From contig CAIRHC010000006.1 in assembly GCA_903878275.1 (NCBI GenBank), positions 15,633 to 79,632 of the forward strand: DNA of 64,000 nucleotides. Reading direction: 5' to 3'. The position numbers and the translations under genes were made by a program. This stretch comes from Candidatus Vogelbacteria bacterium. Its GTDB lineage: Bacteria; Patescibacteriota; Minisyncoccia; Phycocordibacterales; XYD1-FULL-46-19. Positions 15,018 to 23,865 of the stretch are shown here, piece by piece. The notes beneath the pieces are model-generated. The model was not told the origin of the DNA and did not search any database. It saw nothing but the letters and a program-made list of their open reading frames with translations. Within the stretch, counting starts at the first letter, position 1. Each line of letters starts with the position of its first letter.

Positions 15018-18000
15018 ATGAAAAAGAACTCTAAAGCTGATTATTATAATCATCTAAAAATTGAGAAAAAATGGCAAAAATTTTGGGCGGACAAAAAAAT
15101 TTATAAAACTACCGACGATACGAGCAAGCCGAAATCTTATGTTCTCGATATGTTTCCTTATCCTTCGGGCGAAGGTTTGCACGTCGGTCATCCAAAAGGT
15201 TATATCGCGACCGATATCTACTCGCGCTTTAAGCGAATGAATGGCTACAATGTCTTACATCCGATGGGCTGGGACGCTTTTGGTTTGCCGGCGGAAAATT
15301 ATGCGATAAAAAATAAGGTCAATCCGGAAATTGCGGTCAAAAAAAATATTAAATATTTCAAATCACAATTAGAAAAAATCGGTTTTGATTATGATTGGAC
15401 GCACGAAATAAATACCACTGATCCAAAATATTATAAATGGACGCAGTGGATTTTTTTGCAAATGTTTAAAAAAGGTTTGGCTTACGAATCGTGGGAGCCA
15501 ATCAATTGGTGTCCTTCGTGCCAAACTGGTCTCGCCAACGAAGATGTGGAAGATGGAAAATGCGAACGTTGTGATTCGGTTGTCGTAAAAAAACCGATGC
15601 GTCAATGGGTATTAAAAATTACCGATTACGCCGATCGCTTATTGAAAGATCTTGATAATTTAAATTGGCCGGAATCAATCAAAGAATCACAGCGCAACTG
15701 GATCGGGCGAAGCGAAGGCTCGGAAATAAATTTTGATATTAATAAAAAATATAAATTTGTTTTACTTCACGGCTGGAAAAGTACTGGCAAAGATTGTTTT
15801 TTGCCGTGGCTGAAAGCAGAGTTAGAAAAAAGAGGTCACGAAGTGGTGGCACCTGATATGCCTCACCCTTTTTTGCCGGATGTGGTGGAACAGGCGCGTT
15901 TTGTTTTGGATAAAATAAAATTTGATGAAAATACGATTTTGCTTGGGCATAGTCTCGGCTCGGTGGTTTCTTTGCGTATTCTTGAACAATTAAAAACACC
16001 AATAAAAAAATTGATTTTGGTCGCTGGCCTGATGGAGCCGAAATTTAAAGACAAGGAGCGAATGATGGCGAAGTATTTGATGAGTTGGAAATTTAATTTT
16101 GATAAAATCAAAAAAAATGCTGGCGAAGTAGTTTTACTGGAAGACACAAACGATGTTTTGATTCCATCTGGCGAAGCTGATACTTTGCAAGCTCATCTTG
16201 GCGGTTCGGTTTTTAAACTCGAGGCTGAAAAATCACATTTTTGTGGCCGAGTTGAACCAACAGTGCTAGAGCATTGTACTGATCAGATTAAAATTTTTAC
16301 GACGCGAGCCGACACACTTTTTGGCGCGACTTATTTAGTTTTGGCACCAGAACATTTGTTAATTAAAAAATACGAAAATCAAATTGAAAATATTAAAGAG
16401 GTTAAAAAATATGTAGGACTAGCAAAAAAGAAAAATGAAATTGAAAGAACGGCGGAAGATAAAACCAAAACTGGTGTCGAACTAAAAGGTTTGAAAGCGA
16501 TTAATCCGACAAACGGCAAAGAAATTCCGATTTGGGTCGCCGATTATGTTTTACCCGATTATGGCACTGGTGCGATTATGGCGGTGCCAGCCCACGACTT
16601 GCGCGATTGGCAATTTGCCAAAAAATTTAATTTGCCGATTGAAACGGTTATTCATCCGACCGACACCGCTAAAACTTTGTTTATTATCGAAAGTTTGGCT
16701 GATGGTTGGGCAGAAGAATTTAAAAAAGTTGGTGCCAAAATTGAACCGTGGGAAGATTGGGGTGTGATTTTGCGTTTTCCCGCCAAAATGATTGATAAAG
16801 TTGCTTCGCTTGGTCAAAAATTACTCAAAGAGGGAAATTGGTATTTTGAAATCAACGGAGCCAAAAATCTGATTATTTTTAAGCAAGCGATTTTTGATTT
16901 AAACAAAGGTGAAAGTGAAAAGGCGAAAATTTACGGACGCAAGGTCGGCGTAGCAGAAGCGCAACTTGATTGGGACAAAAATCCTAATCCAGAATTATAC
17001 ACTGGCAAAGGCACCTTGATTTACTCGGGTATTTTTTCGGGTATCTCCAGCGAAAAAGCTATTCCCGCTATTACCAAATTTGTCCGCGGAAAAATTGCGG
17101 TCAAATATAAATTGCGTGATTGGGTTTTTTCTCGACAGCGATATTGGGGTGAGCCAATTCCAATTATTCATTGCGAAAAATGTGCCTTAAATAATCCGGC
17201 GGGGCGAGGCATTGTGTCAGTACCAGAAAAAGATCTGCCGGTAGTTTTGCCGAAAGTGAAGAGCTATGCGCCGACCGGGACCGGAGAATCGCCCCTGGCT
17301 GACATTAAAAGCTGGGTCAATGTCAAATGCCCGGTTTGTGGCGATAAAGCCAAACGAGAGACAAACACAATGCCTCAATGGGCGGGTTCATCTTGGTACT
17401 ATTTACGCTATATCGATCCGCACAATAACAAAGAATTAGCGTCTCATTCAAAATTGGATTACTGGTTAAATAATGGTGTTGATATGTATGTCGGGGGGAC
17501 CGAACACGCCACTCGCCATCTTATTTATGCGCGTTTTTGGCATAAGTTTTTGTTTGATTTGGATGTGGTCAAAGCTTCGGAACCATTTCAACAATTGAAA
17601 AATCAAGGTTTAATTCTTGGCTCTGATAGTCGTAAAATGAGTAAGCGTTGGGGTAATGTTGTTAATCCAGATGAGGTCGTCAAAAATTACGGCGCGGATA
17701 CATTACGCGTTTATGAAATGTTTATGGGACCGTTTGAGCAAAGTGCGACTTGGAGTACTGACAATATGATTGGTTCGCGTCGATTTATCGAGCGAATCTG
17801 GCGCTTGGCGAGCAAAGTCGGCAAAAAAACTGATCAGGTTAATCCCGAATTAGAAATTTTATTTAATAAAACTATCAAAAAAATTGGTGAGGATATTGAT
17901 AATTTTTCTTTCAACACCGCCATTTCGGCATTGATGATTTTGACTAATTCTCTCGAAAAAGAAGCGGGGATTAGCCCGGAAAAATGGGCGGATTTGTTGC

Positions 18001-18305
18001 GTATTCTCGCGCCATTTACACCACATTTGGCGGAAGAATTATGGCAAAAAGCGGGCTATAAAAAGTCGATTATTTTGGAACGATGGCCAGCTTATGATAG
18101 TGCCAAATTGGTTTCGGCGAAGGCGATTATTGCGGTGCAGGTCAACGGAAAAGTTCGTGGCGAAATTGAAATTTCCAACGAAATGGACGAATCAGCCGTG
18201 GTAAAAATTGCAATTGAAAATGAAATTATCAAAAAATGGTTGATCGGACAAAAAGTTAAAAAGACTGTGTATGTGAAGGGTCGATTGCTAAATTTTGTGG
18301 TGTAG
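15018..18305 (+). CDS. leuS: leucyl-tRNA synthetase carrying an inserted alpha/beta serine-hydrolase domain
   Basis: PYPSGEGLHVGH (HIGH), MGWDAFGLPAE, TTRADTLFGATYLVLAPEH and GTGAIMAVPAHDLRD (CP1 editing), KMSKRWGN (KMSKS). About 180 extra aa (KFVLLHGWKSTGKD...GHSLGS...) lie between the catalytic core and CP1. Confidence 0.9.
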   Translation: MKKNSKADYYNHLKIEKKWQKFWADKKIYKTTDDTSKPKSYVLDMFPYPSGEGLHVGHPKGYIATDIYSRFKRMNGYNVLHPMGWDAFGLPAENYAIKNKVNPEIAVKKNIKYFKSQLEKIGFDYDWTHEINTTDPKYYKWTQWIFLQMFKKGLAYESWEPINWCPSCQTGLANEDVEDGKCERCDSVVVKKPMRQWVLKITDYADRLLKDLDNLNWPESIKESQRNWIGRSEGSEINFDINKKYKFVLLHGWKSTGKDCFLPWLKAELEKRGHEVVAPDMPHPFLPDVVEQARFVLDKIKFDENTILLGHSLGSVVSLRILEQLKTPIKKLILVAGLMEPKFKDKERMMAKYLMSWKFNFDKIKKNAGEVVLLEDTNDVLIPSGEADTLQAHLGGSVFKLEAEKSHFCGRVEPTVLEHCTDQIKIFTTRADTLFGATYLVLAPEHLLIKKYENQIENIKEVKKYVGLAKKKNEIERTAEDKTKTGVELKGLKAINPTNGKEIPIWVADYVLPDYGTGAIMAVPAHDLRDWQFAKKFNLPIETVIHPTDTAKTLFIIESLADGWAEEFKKVGAKIEPWEDWGVILRFPAKMIDKVASLGQKLLKEGNWYFEINGAKNLIIFKQAIFDLNKGESEKAKIYGRKVGVAEAQLDWDKNPNPELYTGKGTLIYSGIFSGISSEKAIPAITKFVRGKIAVKYKLRDWVFSRQRYWGEPIPIIHCEKCALNNPAGRGIVSVPEKDLPVVLPKVKSYAPTGTGESPLADIKSWVNVKCPVCGDKAKRETNTMPQWAGSSWYYLRYIDPHNNKELASHSKLDYWLNNGVDMYVGGTEHATRHLIYARFWHKFLFDLDVVKASEPFQQLKNQGLILGSDSRKMSKRWGNVVNPDEVVKNYGADTLRVYEMFMGPFEQSATWSTDNMIGSRRFIERIWRLASKVGKKTDQVNPELEILFNKTIKKIGEDIDNFSFNTAISALMILTNSLEKEAGISPEKWADLLRILAPFTPHLAEELWQKAGYKKSIILERWPAYDSAKLVSAKAIIAVQVNGKVRGEIEISNEMDESAVVKIAIENEIIKKWLIGQKVKKTVYVKGRLLNFVV

Positions 18306-18317
18306 TTATCCACAGAT

Positions 18318-19394
18318 TTGACTAAACCGTTAAAAAGTGATAGAAATAACTATATGGAAATAGACGGAAACCTAAATATTAAACCAAAAGAAATTACCAA
18401 GAAGATTTTGGAGCAATTACCAGAACGAAGCCGTGACGTTTTAATTAAGCGTTATGGACTTGGCAAAAACACCACCAGAATGACCTTGGAAGCGATAGGT
18501 GGTGAATACAAAATCACTCGTGAGCGTGTTCGTCAGATCGAAAATTTCGGTTTGAGTTTAATTAAAAAATCTAAAATCTATGCTGGCAGTCAACCAGTTT
18601 TTAATCAACTTAAAAAGGTTTTAGATAATTGCGGTGGCATTGTTCACGAACAAGATTTTCTAGAATCCCTTTTCAAAAAAGATAAATCCAACCAAAATCA
18701 CCTTCATTTCTTGATGGTCATTTCTGACGCTTTTACCAAAATTCGTGAAGATGAGGAATTTCATCATCGCTGGACGACAAATCCGGAACTGGCGGAAAAA
18801 GTGCATACTTCTCTAAAAAATCTTTGCCAGAGTTTTACTTCTAGCGATCTTATTTCTGAAACAGAACTTATTAGTCGTTTTATTAAAGAATTAAAAGAGG
18901 TTACCGATGATCCAAAATTAGAAAATTTTGCCACCCGCTGGCTGGCGATTAGTAAATCATTATCCAAGAATCCGCTTGGTGAATGGGGTCTGTCTTCTTC
19001 TCCAAATGTTCGAATGCGTGGGATTCGCGATTATGCTTATCTAGTTTTGCGACAAGTAAAAGAACCGTTGCATTTCGGTGATGTCGCCAAAAAGATTTCT
19101 AAAACTTTTGGCAAAAAAGCTCATTCGGCGACTTGCCACAACGAACTGATTAAAGACAATAGATTTGTGCTGGTCGGTCGTGGTTTGTACGCTTTGACCG
19201 AGTGGGGTTATAGCAAGGGTACCGTGGTGGAAGTTATCAAGAAAATTCTAGCAGAAGGTGGCTCGCTATCTCGCGAAGATATTATTGCTCGAGTTTTGAA
19301 AGAACGAAAAGTCAAAGAAAATACCGTTTTGGTAAATTTACAAAACGGTGATTATTTCAAAAAAGATAAGGACGGGAATTATGTTTTAGCTTAA
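18318..19394 (+). CDS. sigma-70 region-4-like HTH domain protein with large C-terminal extension
   Basis: LPERSRDVLIKRYGLGKNTTRMTLEAIGGEYKITRERVRQIENFGL matches the sigma70_r4 consensus. The remaining ~270 aa are unassigned. Confidence 0.5.
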   Translation: MTKPLKSDRNNYMEIDGNLNIKPKEITKKILEQLPERSRDVLIKRYGLGKNTTRMTLEAIGGEYKITRERVRQIENFGLSLIKKSKIYAGSQPVFNQLKKVLDNCGGIVHEQDFLESLFKKDKSNQNHLHFLMVISDAFTKIREDEEFHHRWTTNPELAEKVHTSLKNLCQSFTSSDLISETELISRFIKELKEVTDDPKLENFATRWLAISKSLSKNPLGEWGLSSSPNVRMRGIRDYAYLVLRQVKEPLHFGDVAKKISKTFGKKAHSATCHNELIKDNRFVLVGRGLYALTEWGYSKGTVVEVIKKILAEGGSLSREDIIARVLKERKVKENTVLVNLQNGDYFKKDKDGNYVLA

Positions 19395-19410
19395 ATTTAA
19401 ATAGCCGATA

Positions 19411-19452
19411 AAACCGCCGAATTTTGCCCAGCAAAATTCGGCGGTTTTTTTT
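19411..19452 (+). terminator. intrinsic terminator
   Basis: AAAACCGCCGAATTTTGC-ccagc-AAAATTCGGCGGTTTTTTTTT. Confidence 0.75.
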
Positions 19453-19511
19453 TGAGCACCTTTACCTGGTTAAACTAGTTTTTTTCTAGCATTTGATTTA
19501 TTATTAAAGAG

Positions 19512-20774
19512 ATGCAACCGTCTCTTAGTGCTTTTCAAATTTTTAATCAAAACCTTGCTCAATTAGAGTGGCAATTATTTTATCTTTCGTGGTACTTGGT
19601 GTATATTGCACCATTCTTTTTAGGTTGGGGTTTGTGGAAGACTTATCTTCATCACATCAGACGTATCTATGTCAAAGGACAAAAGCGCATTTTATTAGAA
19701 ATAAAATTACCGAAAGAACTAAATAAATCACCGGCGGCAATGGAGTTGGTTACACCGGTTTTTTATCAGACTTATGTTGGAGAATTGATAGATCAGTGGG
19801 TAAAAGGAAATGTTCAAGGCTGGTTTTCCTTAGAGCTAGTTTCGAAGGGCGGGGAGATACATTTTTATTTTAATGTTCCAGAATTTTTTAAAGATCTGGT
19901 TGAAACACAAATTTATTCGCAATATCCAGAAGTTGAAGTTTACCAAGTTGAAGACTATGTCAAAGAAGTGACTTTTGGTACGCCTGGTACCGATTGGGAT
20001 ATTGCCGGTTGGGAATTTAAACTTGCTAAGGCTGATGCCTATCCCATTAAAACTTACTTCGAATATGGATTAGACAAAGATCCCAAAGAAGAATTCAAAA
20101 TTGACCCAATGACACCGATGATAGAGTTTCTTGGTTCTATCGGCGCAAATGAGCGTGTTTGGTTTCAAATAATGGTAATGGCGACAAGAGATCGTTTCCC
20201 TGTGCCGTTTAAATGGGATCAGCCTTCGACATGGACAAAGAAAAAAGATTGGAAAGATGACGTTAAAAAAGAAATAGAGAAAGTATTAAAGCGAGATAAA
20301 AAAGCCGATATGGCAGAAAGTTTTACAAAATTAATGCCCACAAGAACTGAAGCTGCTCTGGCTGAATCAATGGAAAGGTCTTTAGGTAAATTAGCTTTCG
20401 ATGTTGGAATTCGCGCTCTTTATTGTGCCAAAGGTGGAAAGGGAATTCGTCCGGCAGTTAAGGTCGGTGTTGGTAATAGTATTAAGCAATTTGGAGCTCC
20501 GGGAATGAACACTATCAAAACAGCGAGGGTGACAGGTTTTAATAATCCTTGGCAAGACTATAATAATATCAGAAAATTTCGTTTGCAAAAGAAGTTTTTT
20601 AAGTGGTACACTCTTCGTTCGTACTTTTACCCACCTGCCAGTCAACCGCCAATGATCTTAACCAGCGAAGAACTTGCCACCGTCTATCATTTTCCTGGTC
20701 AGGTTGCGACCACACCGTCTTTGGGTCGTATTCCATCCAAGCGTGGCGAACCACCAACAAATTTACCAATTTAA
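19512..20774 (+). CDS. hypothetical membrane-anchored protein
   Basis: N-terminal TM (YLSWYLVYIAPFFLGWGLW), then a 380-aa soluble region with no recognised domain. Confidence 0.45.
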   Translation: MQPSLSAFQIFNQNLAQLEWQLFYLSWYLVYIAPFFLGWGLWKTYLHHIRRIYVKGQKRILLEIKLPKELNKSPAAMELVTPVFYQTYVGELIDQWVKGNVQGWFSLELVSKGGEIHFYFNVPEFFKDLVETQIYSQYPEVEVYQVEDYVKEVTFGTPGTDWDIAGWEFKLAKADAYPIKTYFEYGLDKDPKEEFKIDPMTPMIEFLGSIGANERVWFQIMVMATRDRFPVPFKWDQPSTWTKKKDWKDDVKKEIEKVLKRDKKADMAESFTKLMPTRTEAALAESMERSLGKLAFDVGIRALYCAKGGKGIRPAVKVGVGNSIKQFGAPGMNTIKTARVTGFNNPWQDYNNIRKFRLQKKFFKWYTLRSYFYPPASQPPMILTSEELATVYHFPGQVATTPSLGRIPSKRGEPPTNLPI

Positions 20775-20786
20775 ATTTAATTTTTA

Positions 20787-21833
20787 ATGTTTAAAAAAAA
20801 ATCACTTGCCGATGATAAAATGCAAGAGCCGAGTTCCGTTCCTTCAGAAAAAAAGAAGGTTGGAAAAGTTTGCGAAGCTAAATGTAAATATTCTATTGCC
20901 GGTATTGTCTCGGTAACTTTGCTTATTTCGTTCCTGTTATTTATTTGGTTTGGTATTTTACCGCCACACAATTTTCCTGAAAATACTTTTATTCGCATTG
21001 CCAAAGGTGATACTGTGTCTTCGGTTGCAAGCAAATTGGCAGAAAAAAATGTCATCAAATCTCCATTTGTGTTTAAAGTTTTAGTGCGGGTGATGGGTGG
21101 CGATAAAAGTTTGCTGGCAGGTAGTTATTTTTTCAAACAACGCTCAACGGTGCTCACTATCGCGATGCGTTTGACTAGCCGATTTCTTGGCTATTCACCT
21201 TATCGCGTCACTATTTTTGAAGGCACTTCAAATCGGAAAATTGCAGTTATTTTAGCTAAAGCCATCCCTAATTTTAACAAAGAAGAATTTATTGAAAAAA
21301 CGCAAAATTTAGAAGGGCGCTTATTTCCCGACACTTATTTCTTCTCGCCACTCGATACACCAGCTGATATTATTTTTGAAATGAACAATAATTTTCAACA
21401 ACAAATAAATAATATTCAACCTGATATTCAGAAATCAGGTCGAAGCTTGGATGATATTTTAATTATGGCATCAATAATTGAACGAGAAACTCGGACCACA
21501 AAATCTCGTCGCGTGGTATCCGGAATATTGTGGAAGAGAATTAGCCTCGGGATGCCATTGCAAGTCGATGCCGCTTTTGAATATTATTTGACCGATAAAA
21601 ATACTTTTACTTTAACCAAAAAAGATTTGAAATCTGATTCTCCTTATAATACTTATATCAACAAAGGTTTACCGCCGACACCGATTGCCAATCCTGGTAT
21701 TGATTCTATTCAAGCCGCGATTTATCCAGAAGTTTCGCCTTATCTTTATTACTTATCTGACCGCCAAGGAAATATGCACTACGCTAAGGATTTTAAAGAG
21801 CACGTACAAAATCGCAGAATTTACGGAATCTAA
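20787..21833 (+). CDS. mltG: endolytic murein transglycosylase MltG/YceG family
   Basis: N-terminal TM, YceG-like core with MPLQVDAAFEYYL and the ...YNTYINKGLPPTPIANPG motif. Confidence 0.8.
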   Translation: MFKKKSLADDKMQEPSSVPSEKKKVGKVCEAKCKYSIAGIVSVTLLISFLLFIWFGILPPHNFPENTFIRIAKGDTVSSVASKLAEKNVIKSPFVFKVLVRVMGGDKSLLAGSYFFKQRSTVLTIAMRLTSRFLGYSPYRVTIFEGTSNRKIAVILAKAIPNFNKEEFIEKTQNLEGRLFPDTYFFSPLDTPADIIFEMNNNFQQQINNIQPDIQKSGRSLDDILIMASIIERETRTTKSRRVVSGILWKRISLGMPLQVDAAFEYYLTDKNTFTLTKKDLKSDSPYNTYINKGLPPTPIANPGIDSIQAAIYPEVSPYLYYLSDRQGNMHYAKDFKEHVQNRRIYGI

Positions 21834-21836
21834 TCT

Positions 21837-22955
21837 TTGTGTTATAACTGGTTAGTGAAAAAAGAAGCTAAAAAAGTTTTTGTCGGTATGTCGGGCGGGA
21901 TTGATTCTTCGGTATCGGCTTATTTACTTAAAAAAGCCGGCTATAATGTCACTGGCGTTTTTATCCGAGCATGGGAACCAGCCGGTTATCCGTGTTCTTG
22001 GCGAGCGGAAAGACGTGAGGCGATGCGAGTGGCAAGCTTCTTAGATATTCCGCTTTTGACAATTGATTTATCGCGCGAGTACAAAGGGCGCGTGGTGGAT
22101 TATTTACTCGCCGAATACAAAGCGGGTAAGACGCCGAACCCGGATGTGATGTGCAATAAAATGATTAAATTCGGAGTGTTTTTTGATTGGGCAATAAATA
22201 ATGGCGCGGATTTTGTCGCGACCGGTCATTATGCGCAAATCTACCAACTACAACCTACAACCTACCAACTTTTGGTTAGTAAGGACAAGGAAAAAGATCA
22301 AACCTATTTTTTGTGGGCAATTGAAAAAAATAAATTATCAAAAATTATATTTCCCGTCGGCAATTTACTAAAAAGTGAAGTACGAAAAATTGCCGAAAAA
22401 GCTGGTTTGCCAAATGCCACCAAGAAAGATAGTCAGGGTTTGTGTTTTGTCGGTCAATTTGATTTTAAAGAATTCTTAGTTAAAGAAATTGGTGAGAAAC
22501 CCGGCAATGTTTTAAATGAAAACGGCGAAATAATCGGTGAGCACCAAGGCGCCTATCTTTTTACGAATGGTGAGCGCCACGGTTTTACTACTTTTCATAA
22601 ACATCCAGACGAAAAACCATATTATGTTGTATCAAAAGACCTAGCCAAAAATACGATTACTGTCTCGCAAAACCAATATCAAGGGGAGTCCTTGATGCAG
22701 ATAGTAAAATTAGAAAAAGTAAATTGGCTTGTTGAAATTTCAGAGGTGAGTCCTCTAGGGCAAGTGAGGTCTCTCCTCGGAAATTTATTGTCGGCTCGTG
22801 TCCGTTATCGCCAAACGCTGCAAACTTGCCATATCAAAGAAGTTAATCGTCAATCGTTAATTGTTGTCTTTGATAAACCGCAAACCATTGCCTCTGGTCA
22901 ATCCTTGGTACTTTACGACAAGGAGATTTGTCTTGGTGGCGGAGTTATTGTCTAA
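21837..22955 (+). CDS. mnmA: tRNA-specific 2-thiouridylase MnmA
   Basis: PP-loop VFVGMSGGIDSSVSAYLL; catalytic Cys region ...GLCFVGQ.... Confidence 0.85.
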   Translation: MCYNWLVKKEAKKVFVGMSGGIDSSVSAYLLKKAGYNVTGVFIRAWEPAGYPCSWRAERREAMRVASFLDIPLLTIDLSREYKGRVVDYLLAEYKAGKTPNPDVMCNKMIKFGVFFDWAINNGADFVATGHYAQIYQLQPTTYQLLVSKDKEKDQTYFLWAIEKNKLSKIIFPVGNLLKSEVRKIAEKAGLPNATKKDSQGLCFVGQFDFKEFLVKEIGEKPGNVLNENGEIIGEHQGAYLFTNGERHGFTTFHKHPDEKPYYVVSKDLAKNTITVSQNQYQGESLMQIVKLEKVNWLVEISEVSPLGQVRSLLGNLLSARVRYRQTLQTCHIKEVNRQSLIVVFDKPQTIASGQSLVLYDKEICLGGGVIV

Positions 22956-23004
22956 AAGCCCCAATAAGGGGTTTTTCTGGCAAAAATATTACAAACGAAG
23001 GCAC

Positions 23005-23033
23005 TTGACAAATAACTAAATTAGGTCTATAAT
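23005..23033 (+). promoter_or_regulatory. consensus sigma70 promoter (TTGACA-17nt-TATAAT)
   Basis: TTGACA at 23005-23010, 17-nt spacer, TATAAT at 23028-23033. Predicted TSS about 23040. Confidence 0.55.
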
Positions 23034-23040
23034 ATCACCA

Positions 23041-23202
23041 GAAGCTATTTGAAAGAAAAGGTCTGTGTCCTTCTCTGGTTGAGACTGCCCCGGCAAAGAC
23101 GAGGGGATTACGCTTACCAATTCGCTGTGAATTGGAAGCAAAAAACAATTTGCCCACGGGCACGGCTAGGGCTAGTCGTAACTCTACGGAAGGAGAAAAG
23201 CC
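23041..23202 (+). promoter_or_regulatory. GC-rich structured 5' leader (candidate cis-regulatory RNA / riboswitch-like)
   Basis: About 160 nt between the promoter and the ATG. Several perfect hairpins: CCAATTC-GCTGT-GAATTGG, TGCCC-ACG-GGGCA, CCCC...GGGG. Strong SD GGAAGGAG at its 3' end. Confidence 0.3.
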
Positions 23203-23775
23203 ATGAAGACAAATACTGCGAAGCTGTTGCACCAAACCGATTTAGAGTATGGACTTCCAGTCGGGGTCGAAGACCCTATTTCGCCAAGCGTAAATCGGGC
23301 TGAAGCTCTTAAAAAAGGCTTCCGGTTTGTCATCGGGAACGATTGCGGACCGAGCATTGGCATTCGCGAAAACGGAGCTCTCGTTCACACGAGCTGCGGC
23401 TCGTACAGGGAAGAGGATGGTCTCGAGTTTTTGCGGGCAAAAGCCCAGCAAATTGTCGAAGAATTTGGTCCCGGTGCCGTGAAGTGCCGAGGAACAAGAA
23501 TACCATCCGCTTCGTGCCCGATTTGGCAGCCCGCCATCTTGGAGTGGCAACCTCGCTACGAGACCAGTTTCTGTCGGAGCTTGGTCTCTCCAGAAACACC
23601 ACTTGGTGGTGGGGATACCCCCACGGGTTGGTACGAGGTCATCGAAATGGAGTTCTCCTCTCTAGAAGAAATGGCAAAAGCCGTTTCGAGTTGGGGAAGC
23701 GACTCCGAAGCCACAACGCCCGAAACTCTGAAGATTGCAGAGCTCCAAGTCGCGAAAGCTTACGCTTATCGCTAA
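23203..23775 (+). CDS. hypothetical Cys-containing 190-aa protein encoded in GC-rich island
   Basis: Strong SD with 7-nt spacing to the ATG. The stop lies 8 nt before the terminator stem. Sampled lines are about 55-58% GC, so all six frames are open here. No family recognised. Confidence 0.5.
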   Translation: MKTNTAKLLHQTDLEYGLPVGVEDPISPSVNRAEALKKGFRFVIGNDCGPSIGIRENGALVHTSCGSYREEDGLEFLRAKAQQIVEEFGPGAVKCRGTRIPSASCPIWQPAILEWQPRYETSFCRSLVSPETPLGGGDTPTGWYEVIEMEFSSLEEMAKAVSSWGSDSEATTPETLKIAELQVAKAYAYR

Positions 23776-23783
23776 CACTTGCA

Positions 23784-23830
23784 CCCGCCCGCAACGGAAA
23801 ACCGTTGGAGGGCGGTTTTCTTTTTTTATT
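23784..23830 (+). terminator. intrinsic terminator
   Basis: CCCGCCCGCAACGG-aaaa-CCGTTGGAGGGCGG followed by TTTTCTTTTTTTATTTTT. Confidence 0.75.
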
Positions 23831-23865
23831 TTTATTTTTCAATCTTTTTTGCTAGACTATTATCA

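Noticed and set aside
23035-23840. Possibility that the GC-rich island is RNase P RNA, tmRNA, SRP RNA or a group II intron.
   Set aside because: None of the universal signatures are present: GGAAAGTCCGG P4 for RNase P, a tRNA-like GGTTCGA...CCA 3' end for tmRNA, domain V or GTGYG for group II. It is too long for 4.5S or 6S RNA.
23035-23855. Stack of overlapping ORFs on both strands (23035-23235 -, 23049-23303 +, 23242-23550 -, 23330-23602 -, 23343-23855 +, 23639-23842 -).
   Set aside because: They are a by-product of the GC-rich composition of this island (stop codons are AT-rich). Only the + ORF 23203-23775 has an SD and proper start/stop placement relative to the promoter and terminator.
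23779-23865. Listed alaS start at TTG 23779 (MHPPATENRW...).
   Set aside because: It would translate through the terminator hairpin and T-run. ATG 23866 (MTSEEIRQKF) matches AlaRS N-termini.
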